Assembly: GCF_009914755.1 (NCBI RefSeq)
Contig: NC_060938.1
Length of the DNA stretch: 64,000 bases
From: the human T2T-CHM13v2.0 reference genome, Homo sapiens
Strand: one strand, 5' to 3'
Under the pieces are notes generated by a model that was not told where the DNA came from, did no database searches, and worked only from the letters and a program-made list of their open reading frames with translations. This document shows positions 41,858-52,062 of the stretch, piece after piece. A program made the translations under genes and the position numbers. Position 1 is the first letter of the stretch, and each line of letters opens with the position of its first letter.

Positions 41858-42211
41858 ATGAATATGCTGTACATTGCTTTGCTGTTGTTACCCCCCTTAA
41901 CCATGCTAGAAGAATCACCCACAGAAGGGTGTCTCCACCGTACACATACTACTTGGTCAGGGAACAGCATAACTAAAACTCTATTGTACCATACTTATTA
42001 TGGGTGTATGGGGAATCGCTTAGGAACTTGTACTTATAGTCAAACCACCTACTCAGTTTGTGACCCAGGAAATAACCAACTTTATGTATGTTATGACCCC
42101 AAGTTTTCACCTGGTGAATGGTTTGAAATTCGTGCAGTCAAAAGAAGGTCTCCTCTTAAACCAAACCAGGGTCCCTCCCTTTTACTGAGGGACTATTTCT
42201 CTGTATTTTGA
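41858..42211 (+). CDS. Possible 117-aa secreted truncated Env (signal peptide plus SU N-terminus); expression unproven
   Basis: ATG at 41858, hydrophobic leader, about 93 Env-homologous residues, then a frameshifted tail to TGA. Splice acceptor lies 29 nt upstream. Confidence 0.2.
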   Translation: MNMLYIALLLLPPLTMLEESPTEGCLHRTHTTWSGNSITKTLLYHTYYGCMGNRLGTCTYSQTTYSVCDPGNNQLYVCYDPKFSPGEWFEIRAVKRRSPLKPNQGPSLLLRDYFSVF

Positions 42212-42925
42212 TGCTCGTTAGGTAGCATACCAAGACTCACCCATCTGTGGTAACCTACCTTTGGAAAGATACTATAGAAATAACTACAAATATGTATGCA
42301 CGCCAAGAGCAACTCCACATTGTTCCCCTGGGACCCCAGAGAAAGATTGTTGGTATTGCATATCATGGCACCCTAGCCACAACAAAGGTCAATTATGCTT
42401 ACCAAAATGCTGGTGGACTGCAGGTTCCTCCTTACATGTCTACATACACACATACCCAGCAACCTTCATATATGTTATCAAAAAGGGAACCCAGACCCGT
42501 CTGGCCCAGCAAGCCACAAAAATGAGGAACGCTATCTATCAGAACAGATTAGCTTTAGACTCTCTCCTAGCCCTAGAAGGAGTAGTATGTGGAAAGTTCA
42601 ATTTAACAAATTGCTGCCTGGAAATCGATGACAATGGAAAGGCAATTATGGAAATAACTGCAAGAATGAGAAAATTAGCCCATGTTCCAGTTCAAACTTG
42701 GAAAGGGTGGTCTCCAGATTCTCTCTTTGGAGGCTTGGTTTTTATTTTTCTGAGGGTTCAAGACTTTAATAGGAGTGGTTCTGGCCATATTAGGAAGTTG
42801 CCTAATACTCCCTTGTCTCTTACCTCTCCTTGTTAGAAGCATTCAATCGAGTATAGAGGCAATAGTAGCTAGGCAAACTACCACTCAGCTAATGGCTCTG
42901 CATAAATATCAACCTTTGTCTAAAT
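41858..42925 (+). pseudogene. env: ERV3-like env, frameshifted and internally deleted
   Basis: [17 protein letters not shown]...[20 protein letters not shown]...CDPG...YVCYDPK aligns to the ERV3-1 Env N-terminus. TM part [20 protein letters not shown]...[10 protein letters not shown] carries the ISD and CX6CC. Frameshifts at about 42137 and 42735; deletion at 42500/42501. Confidence 0.92.
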
Positions 42926-43012
42926 AAGAAAACTCGTCCCTTCAGGCAGAACTAAGTAATAGTGATGCCTTCTATTAAACTTCTTTTATAAAAGGCATCA
43001 AAGGGGGGAAAC

Positions 43013-43580
43013 TGAGGCAGAAATTTAAAAATAAATATGCATTCATTCACTCCAAGAAAAGTAACAGAAAAGGCAAGGGTTAAAAAGAAAAGAACAAGTT
43101 TTCCTCTGCCTAGCAGAGGAAAGTGCAGCAAGCTCACTTCAAGGACAGTAATAAGATAATACTGTTTGAGAAACCAAGGCCAAAGGAATGGACTCCAGAT
43201 ACCCCCCAACACCAGAGCAAGGTTGAAGGAAAAAAAAGAAAGACAAATTCTTTTACTGTTACTCCTTTCCCAGTCTTCTTAAGCATGATTATGTTTTACA
43301 AATGTCTGTATTTAGCTGGTTGTTGTTTTTCTTTCAATGCAGCTACAAGGCCACCACCTATGCAAGGCCACAAGTTATGCTATGCTATAGATTATATGAC
43401 CTATCATTTGGTTAACTGCTTTTGTTTTATTTATTGTAAGTCCACTTATAAAAACCCGATTCTGTCTTTGTTTAATGCTCAGCTTTGTGGATGTGAGTCC
43501 GCTGAGCCAGTGTGTACCTAAAATAAACAATCCTCCTATACTCTCATATCAGTCTCTCTGGTCCTCAGTTTCCCACAACA
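43013..43580 (+). terminator. Proviral 3' LTR (568 bp) with intact AATAAA
   Basis: Direct repeat of 37164-37729. AATAAA at 43522-43527; preceded by the PPT. Confidence 0.95.
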
Positions 43581-43997
43581 CCATAAGTGAAGGCTGTTGC
43601 TGTGCTTTGAATATTTGCATGCCTCAAGAATTCATGTCGAAACTTAGTCCCCAGTGCAACAGTGTTATGAGGCAGGACATTTAGGAGGTGATTAGGCCAT
43701 GAGGATTCCACTGTCATGAATGGGATTAATGCCTTTATAAAAGGGTTTGAGGTAGTGAGTTCCTCCCTTCTATCCCTTCTGTCATGTGTGGACACTGTGT
43801 TTGTCCCCTCCAGAGGTCGCAGCAACTTGGACACAGACAGTAAGCCCTTACCAGACACCAAATTCACTGGCTCCCTGATAGTGGGCTTCCCAGCTCCCAG
43901 AACTGTGAGATAATAAATTTCTGCTGTTTATAAATTACCCAGTCTAAGATCTTTTGTGATAGCAGCAGGAATGGACTAAGTCATAAATTGGTGCCAA

Positions 43998-44847
43998 TGA
44001 AGCAGGAAATTTCCCTGACCTTTTCGTGGGCAGGAACTGGAGTGCATAGGCACTAGAAATAGTCAGCTGCTTTGGTGCCAGCAGAGTGGACTCCACTTGC
44101 TTGGTCCCACTGCATTCCACCCCTCACAGGAGGGGGAGCACAGGTGAGTGGGTGCAGGAGCCGGGGTGAGTGCTTTTGGCCACCGGCAGGAGCAAAACTC
44201 CATGTGGCCTCGCGGCAGCATCTATGGGGGTGCCCATTATCCCTGAAGCCCTAGAAAGAGTGTTACAGTCAGTGCTCTTTTAGCTTTGCCATTCGCAGTT
44301 GGCTTAAGTGTTAACGGCTCAGTGGAGGGTCAGTGTGACAGCCTTTTGCACTGACACTCGAGTTCTTATTCAGTGTCCAGGAGGAATAAGGTCGCACAAA
44401 CAAATTGGAGATGGTAAATGTGGGGGATTTTATTGCCAATGAAAGTGGTTCTCAGTGGGAAGGGGAGCTGAAAAGTGGATGGTGCGGGAAGATAATATTC
44501 CCCTAGAGTCCAGCTGTCCCTGGCTGAACTCCTCTCCGAAGCAATGCCATCAAGCCGTCCCTTTGAAGTCAAGCTGCTTCTCTCCAATGTCCAACCATAG
44601 TCTCTGATGTCCAGCTGCTTCTCCTCTTCTCCTCCCTCTGCTGATGGGGCCTGGGGATTTTATGGGAATAGGATGGGGGGTGGGGCAGGCCATGGGAGGT
44701 TTTGGAAAAGGCAACATTTGAGTGGGAAAACAGGATGTAAACTTCTCACTTTGGGCCGTGGTATTAGGCTTTTCAGCTTGTGGGTGGGGCCCTCACCATG
44801 GATTCACCCTCTTCTGCCCAGAATTTCCCTGCCTCTTGTCACTGTCT
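43998..44847 (-). mobile_element. LTR1/LTR28-family solo LTR (HUERS-P group) inserted in MST-int
   Basis: Minus strand begins '...gacaagaggcagggaaattctgggcagaagagggtg...ggccccaccc'. TSD ccaa at 43994-43997 and 44848-44851. Confidence 0.75.
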
Positions 44848-44987
44848 CCAAGAAGTGGGCCATGGACTCACCCTCTTCTGCCCAGAATTTCCCTGCCTCT
44901 TGTCACTATCTCCAAGAAGTGGGCCATGGACTCACCCTCTTCTGCCCAGAATTTCCCTGCCTCTTGTCACTATCTCCAAGAAGTGGG
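44796..44987 (+). repeat. Tandem repeat, 64 bp x 3
   Basis: Units start at 44796, 44860 and 44924. Units 2 and 3 are identical; unit 1 differs at 2 positions. Confidence 0.97.
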
Positions 44988-47900
44988 ATGCTTCCGTAAC
45001 AAATACCTAAAAATGTGGAAGCAGCTTTGGAACTGGGTAATGGGTAGAGGCTGAACCATAAAGGGCTATTTGGATGAGGACTCAGAAGAGGGCAGCTGTG
45101 GAGAGAGCCTCAATCTTCTTAGAGATTATCTAAGAGGTCATGAACCGAATGTTGTGAACAGAATATGGACAGTAAAGGCCATTCTGAGGAGGTCTTAGAT
45201 TGAAATGAGGAATACCTTATTGGAAATAGGAGGAAAGGCCATTCTTGTTACAAATTGGCACAGAACTTGGCTGAGCAGTGTCCATGTCCTAGTAGTTTGC
45301 AGGAGGCAGATGTGAACTAGGATATTTCATGGAAGAAATCTCTAGGCAGAGTGTTGAGGGTACAGCATAGCTTCTCTTGACTTCTTAGAGTAAAATGCAA
45401 GAGAGAGAAATGAATTAAAGATGGAATTTATAATTAAAAGGGAAACAGAACTTAAAGAGTTGGAAAAATCTTAGCCCAGGTAGGTTGTAAGGAAATAAAA
45501 GGTATATGCAGGAGAGAACACCAAATGGTGTGCTCAAGGGAACATTTGATAAGGAGATTAGAATGAAGAGAAGGAAGCCAGATGCTATTCATCAAGACAA
45601 TGGAAGTATGCCACTGAAGGCATTTTGGAGATCTTCAAGGCTGCCATTCCCATCATAGGGCCAGGGTGCTAGAGCCTTGAGGGCAGAATGGTTTCAAGGG
45701 AAGGGCGCATGGTGCTGGAGAAGCCCAGGGAACTTGTGGGACCTCCAAACTCTCTATCCAGGGCTGCCTCAAGTTTCTGCTCCTCACATTCTGGTGCAGC
45801 ATCCCTTGGCTGCCCTGGATTGGCTGAAGTGGTGTTGGTGTGTTGGGCTGCCCCTCCAGAAGGCACAGGAATAACCCTTGGTAGTTTCCACATGGTACTA
45901 ACTATGCAGGTACACAGAGCACAAGACCTGGGGGTCATGGATTCCTCCACCTAGATTTCAAAGGATGCCCCAGAGAGCCTCAGGGCCCAGGCAGAGAACT
46001 GCCACAGGAGTGGGGCCACCACAGACTGGTGGAGTGGTGGGAGTGAGGCTATCCTTAAGACCCCAGGATTGTAGAGCCACAAGTATGCAACGCCAGCCTG
46101 TGAAAGCTAAAAGGCACAAGACTACAACCCATGAGAGCTGCAGTGTGGAATGTACCCAGGAAAACCAGTGAGCTCTTTCCTTCCATTCTTTCTGCCATGT
46201 GAAGATACAATATTTGTCCCCTCCAGATGTTGCAGCAATGTAGACACAGAGAGAAAGTCCTCACCAGACACAGACTCTGCTGGAACCTTAATCTTCAACT
46301 TCCCAGCCTCCAGAACTGTGAGAGAATAAATTTTGGGGCTGGATTGCCCAGGGCCTTGGGGGACAACCCCTGCCCCAGTGTGTCTAAAAGGTGAGACATG
46401 GAGCCAAATAAGATTATTCTCAAGCCTCAGTATTTAATGAGTAGACAGTGTTGTTTGCCTTATTCAGTTTTGGACTTACTTTGGACCTATTGCTTCTTTT
46501 TTCTTTTCTATTTCTTCCTTTTGGCAGTTCTGTAAGGAGCAGTTCATTTCAGGTTTGGAAGGCTGTTGGAAGAGACATTTTCCATCCTGGGTCAGGAGGA
46601 AGGAGGTATGGGCTCCAAGAACCCTTCCTAGCTCCCTTATTTCCAGAGGCAACTATACCTTCCTCCCTTACCAAACAATTTTTACTCTGTCAGAAAAATT
46701 TTCTTAAACTTGGAAATAGGCAGAAGAGATGACAGGGCATTTACCAGTGTAGTGGGCTTAGTTTTCTATTGTCTATTGTCTTTGGGCAAAAGTTAATGTT
46801 TGGTTTTTGTTTGAGATGTGAATAATTTCTGTCTAATACAACAGATGATCCTAAAGGTTCTGGTTTGTTTTCTTGTTGGACTTTAACCAGTCTCTAACCC
46901 AGCAATCTTATGCTAATATTTTCTACAAATATCTAGCTTCTCAAATGTTCTTTGAATCAGTTATAACATCTTATTGGTTTCCTGAGTTGAATAAAACTTG
47001 AGAGTCATGAGAGTCATGATGTTACATTTTTTTGAAAATTATACTTTAACACTTTTATTGTGTACAGAGGCAAACAAAAAGGAGAAGTTATTAGACATTG
47101 CAGAACCATCTTATTAATTATGCTGCTGAACTTCTCTCTCTCTGTTTACCTTTCACATGAAGAAAAGTTTGTTCTTTTTTCTGAAGAGAAAACTCTCCAG
47201 TCATCCTTTATCATTCTGTAGCTGCCATATAATACTCTGCTTCCTCAAAAAAGTAGTTTGAAAAATTGTCTAAATTGTCTAAAAAGTTGTCTCAGACCAA
47301 ATGTTAAGGCTGTACGTAAAAAATATTATGAATATGTAAAGTTGATGTTAGATAGGTTTGGAAAGTTTCATGCCTATGTAAGGTAATTACAATGACAAGA
47401 AAGGAATTCTTTGTGTGCTCCTACTGACTCTTAACTTTGCTATAAAGTTTCAACCTCTGCTAGGCACTTTCAGGATCTCCACCTGCCCTTTACCTCCACT
47501 AGCTTTAATGAGCTCTTAAAGTAAGTGAAGACTTCCAGCTGCAACAACTCTGCAAAGACTTTCTCTTGTATCGCCATAGAAACAAGACCTTCACTGTAAA
47601 AGAAAAAAATCACATTATAATGAGGAAGACTGCTATAAAATAGGGATTAATGAGTTGAATAGCAAACAGGGAGGAACTTGTAGTAGGAAGGAACTAAGTG
47701 ACAGCAAGGACAGTTGGAGGAAGGAGATAGGATTAATTGTGGGCCTCAGAAAGGGGAGACAAAATGTACAGTCTAATATTTGCACTATGAGCCTGAGTTC
47801 TTACATACCACAGTTTCTGAGTGCAAGCTCCCACTATGGTGATGGTGAAGCAATAAGCAAAATATTCATGACCCTGAGTTGCTTCTAGATATTATTTTTG

Positions 47901-48011
47901 GAGATTCAGCAAAAAATGACAGATGAGATTTAATGAGCTTAAGAAAAAGATTGTGCAAATTTATAAGAAAAATACGATGCCTAAGTAGATAATGGGCAAA
48001 ATTATCAAACA

Positions 48012-48150
48012 TAGTGCATAACAAGTATAGGAGAGGAAACATAATTTTCTCCTCCACCCTTCATATTTCTTAGCTGGGACTTTATGCAACAAAAGGCAAA
48101 TTAATAAGAGAAAAACAAGCAGAAGTTTAATAACATGTATACCTCATGTA
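48012..48150 (-). mobile_element. MER4-group LTR end (MER34/MER39-like), host of the Hsmar1 insertion
   Basis: 'ataattttcctctccaccctt...ttcttagctgggac...agaagtttaataacatgtatacctcatgta'. Confidence 0.55.
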
Positions 48151-48955
48151 TTCGGATGGTGCAAATGTAATAGCAATTTTTGCATTGTTGAAAGTTACTA
48201 TTTGATATTGAAATACATTCTTAAATACATTCTTAAATGTGGTTATGTTATACACCATTTTAATGCACATTTCTCATTTTATTTTATTTTTTTGCTAATG
48301 ACTTAATACTTGCTGTTTATTTTATATTTATTTTAGACTATGGAAATGATGTTAGACAAAAAGCAAATTTGAGCGATTTTCTTATTTGAGTTCAGAATGG
48401 GTTGTAAAGCAGCAGAGACAACTTGCAACATCTACAGTGCATTTCGCCCAGGAACTGCTAACAAACGTATAGAGCAGTGGTAGTTCAAGAAGTGTTGCAA
48501 AAGAGACAAGAGCCTTGAAGATGAGGAGTATGGTGGCTGGCCATCGGAAGTTGACAACAACCAATTGAAAGCTATCATAGAAGCTGATCCTCTTACAACT
48601 ACACGAGAAGTTGCCAAAGAACTCACCTTGACATTTCTACAGTCATTTTGCATTTGAAGCAAATTGGAAAGTTGAAAAAGCTAGATAAGTGGGTGCCTCA
48701 TGAGCTGACCAAAAATCCAAAAAACTTCATTTTGAAGTGTCATCCTCTCTTATTCTATGCAACAACATGAACCATTTCTCGATTGGATTGTGACGTGTGA
48801 TGAAAAGTGGATTTTATATGACAACAAGTGATGACCAGCTCAGTGCCTGGACCAAGAAGAAGTTCCAAAGTACTTTCCAAAGCCAAACTTGCACACAAAA
48901 AAAGCATGGTCACTGTTTGGTGGTCTGCTGCTGGTCTGTTTTACTACAGATTTTT
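48151..48955 (+). mobile_element. Hsmar1 mariner transposon, 5' about 800 bp, dead transposase
   Basis: TA followed by a degenerate TIR ttcggatggtgcaaatgtaatagcaatttt. ATG at 48340 gives MEMMLDKKQI*AIFLFEF.MG.KAAETT..., with WVPHEL and IVTCDEKWILYD motifs. Confidence 0.95.
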
Positions 48956-48995
48956 TTTTTTTTTTTGATGGAGTCTTGTTCTATCATCCAGGCTA
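48951..48995 (-). mobile_element. Alu 3' stub
   Basis: T16 then 'gatggagtcttgttctatcatccaggcta', ending abruptly. Confidence 0.8.
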
Positions 48996-49007
48996 AATGG
49001 GCTTCCA

Positions 49008-49382
49008 ATGGAACCAAAAAAGAGCCTGCATTTCCAAGACAATCCTAAACCAAAAGAACAAAGCTGGAGGCATCACGCTACCTGACTTCAAACTATACTA
49101 CAAGGCTACAGTAACCAAAACAGAGATATAGACGAACAGAACAGAACAGAGCCCTCAGAAATAATACCACACATCTCCAACCATCTGATCTTTGACAAAC
49201 CTCACAAAAACAAGAAATGGGGAAAGGATTCCCTATTTAATAAACGGTGCTGGGAAAACTGGCTAGCCATATGTAGAAAGCTGAAACTGGATCCCTTCCT
49301 TACACCTTATACAAAAATTAATTCAAGATGGATTAAAGACTTAACTGTTAGACCTAAAACCATAAAAACCCTAGAAGAAAAA
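49008..49382 (+). mobile_element. Internal L1PA ORF2 fragment, truncated at both ends, no poly(A), no TSD
   Basis: 'atggaaccaaaaaagagcc...cctgacttcaaactatactacaaggctacagtaacc...accctagaagaaa'. Confidence 0.9.
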
Positions 49383-50535
49383 TTTTGTGTTTTTTTAAAG
49401 CCAGTTACAAAAAAGGCAAAGAAAAACCTTTTGTAGTGTGATTGTTTTTTCTTATTGGAAGCCCGTTTAGATAATCTGGAAATTAAACTATTAAGTTTAT
49501 GTCAGAGAAGACTACTGTTTAATTTTGACCTTCAAGATGAAACATTTTAGCATTAGGCTATAATAACAGAACAGGAGCTGACAAAGACTGAAGAAGTTAC
49601 TATCTTAGGCCTTTTCCAGGGAAAGAAAGCTGAAGCTGTGGGACACAGCAAGTTGAACTTTTGAGATACGATTCTGAGAAGGTTTTTTATTGTTGTTGTT
49701 TTAAAGAAACATTTACAATTTTAAAAACTTATAACCAACTTAATTAAATACAAAATTTCTTTCATAAATTCCCTTTTATGAATCGTTTATGACTTACGCA
49801 GACCATTTATGACATGCTTGGACTTTCTGACTTCTTCTAATCACCACTTTTTTAAAAAAACAACCAGTCATTTTATTTTAGAGTTTACTATAGAAGATTG
49901 TTTTTCTATAAATTTTTTATAACCTTCCTTACTAAAAATTCTGCTTTACCTTTTTTTAACTTTAAATGAGGTTTCAATGTTTACATTTTAGTTTGATTAT
50001 AAACAATGAGTCTTATCTCAGCACCAGCAGCTTAGTAACAGCAGATTTAAAGCAGGTAGAAAAACAGAGGCAGAAAACTTTCAAAGACTTAACTCTATAG
50101 TGCAGGTTAACCATTTGAGCTTTGAGTTTTCCTGTTATAGTTTGCCAATCAGTTTGAAATGTGCACAAAAAGAGGCTGTAATAGGTAACCAGCTAGAGTT
50201 TTAAAGAGAACAACAAAATCAGGGGTTAGGATGTCAGAATCTGCCTTCTCCTTTTTAATGCTGGACCCCTGGATTGAACAGGAAAAAAAGAAAAAAAGAA
50301 AAGAGAGGAGTGGAGAGGAGAAGGTTAAGCTTTATAGGATGGCTTGTGAGCCTTCCAGCCACTGCACATTGTAGTTCAGGGCTAGCACCCCTCCCACCCT
50401 TGTTTTTCTTCCATCAGAGAGAGCCTTAGCACCCTAGACTGCAAAGTGTGGGATGAATTCTTCCCACCTCCGCAAGTCACGAGTTAAGGTGAGCTGTTTT
50501 CAAAGATGAGAGCCCATTCAGCTGAAAGCCATTGA

Positions 50536-51010
<475 letters not shown>

Positions 51011-51531
51011 CTGGAGGAGTGTTTTTAGAGTAGTCTGGAGTGGGCTGGGGCTTGTAAAGCAGCCAACAGTTTAGCCTGCCTTTTGTCTTTGCATTTTTTT
51101 TTCTTAGCCTTGTTTTCCTTATTCTGCTCTTGGTTATAAAGACTGAGGAGGCTAATTTGATAATTTTCTGCATAGAGGCCATGCTATGTTACACAAGAAA
51201 ATTAGACATTTCTTTTTGAGGGTTTGGGGGTCAACTTTGTCCTAGAGCTTTAGAATAGAGCCTAGAGGCGAGTCAGAAGGAATTGACAGGGGTTTTCCCA
51301 TGGTGGGACTGGAAAACACACAGCTGGGGGCTAATTGAACTGTACTTTCACTTGGGGCACTTCACCAATGAAAAGGGTTTCACTTATGTCAGCTGAGAGA
51401 CTCAGGGTGCACTTTCTAAAGGGGCATCCCACCTGTTGGAAAAGACCATTTGGAGCTCAGGGGTCTTATACTAGATGGCTAGTCTAGGTACTGTCTTATA
51501 CTGGGTGATTAGCCCAGGTACAAGGGAAAAA

Positions 51532-52062
51532 TGTGTCAGGAGTTGGTTCCTTCTGGTGGGTTCGTGGTCTGGCTGACTTCAAGAATGGAGTCACAGACCT
51601 TCGCGGTGAGTGTCACAGCTCTTAAAGATGGCATGGACCCAAAGAGTGAGCAGCAGCAAGATTTATTGTTAAGAGCAAAAGAACAAAGTTTCCACAGTGT
51701 GGAAGGGGACCTGAGTGGGTTGCAGCTGCCGGCTAGGGGGTGGCAGGCTTTTATTTCCTTATTTGTCCCCTCTCATGTCCTGTTTCTGTCCTATTAGAAT
51801 GCTCTTTTCTCAATCCTCCCCATGATTGATTACTTTTAGAATCCTGCTGATTGGTCTATTTTACAGAGCGCTGATTGGTGCATTTTACAGAGCACCGACT
51901 GGTGCATTTTACAATCCTCTTGATAGCTACAGATCACTGATTGGTGCGTTTTACAATCCTACCTACAAAGTGCTGATTGGTGCATTTTACAACCCTCTTG
52001 TAAGACAGAAAAGTTCTCCAATCCCCGCTTGACCCAGGAAGTCCAGCTGGCTTCAACTCTCA
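51532..52062 (-). mobile_element. LTR12 (LTR12F-like, HERV9) solo LTR nested in the MER83-like leader
   Basis: 'tgtgtcaggagttggttccttctggtgggttcgtggtct...' and repeated 'ctgattggtgcattttaca', ending 'ctggcttcaactctca'. Flanks aaaa/aaag. Confidence 0.88.

Larger units (their letters stand above)
37164..43580 (+). mobile_element. Deleted ERV3/HERV-R-like (HERV3 group, class I) provirus, 6.4 kb
   Basis: Paired LTRs, Arg PBS, gag-pro-pol-env remnants and a polypurine tract (aaaggggggaaa, 43000-43011). 4-bp flanks ctat/ccat are a TSD with one mismatch. Env closely resembles ERV3-1 Env. Confidence 0.92.
43598..46526 (+). mobile_element. MST-type MaLR: 5' LTR (43598-43983) plus internal region, 3'-truncated
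   Basis: LTR 'tgctgtgctttgaat...ggactaagtca' is followed by MaLR-int 'aaattggtgcc...gaagtggg...atacctaaaaatgtggaagcagctttggaactgggtaatggg'. Confidence 0.85.

Noticed and set aside
41858-42925. Identification as ERV3-1 itself
   Set aside because: ERV3-1 has a long open env. This copy is frameshifted, deleted and differs at many residues, so it is a paralogous provirus.
44796-44987. Regular direct repeats here and at 38120-38262 considered as CRISPR-like arrays
   Set aside because: They are head-to-tail tandem units with no unique spacers and no cas genes, in primate DNA.
48340-48955. Mariner transposase as SETMAR or a new domesticated gene
   Set aside because: Stop at codon 11, further stops and frameshifts, 3' third missing, and no SET exons.
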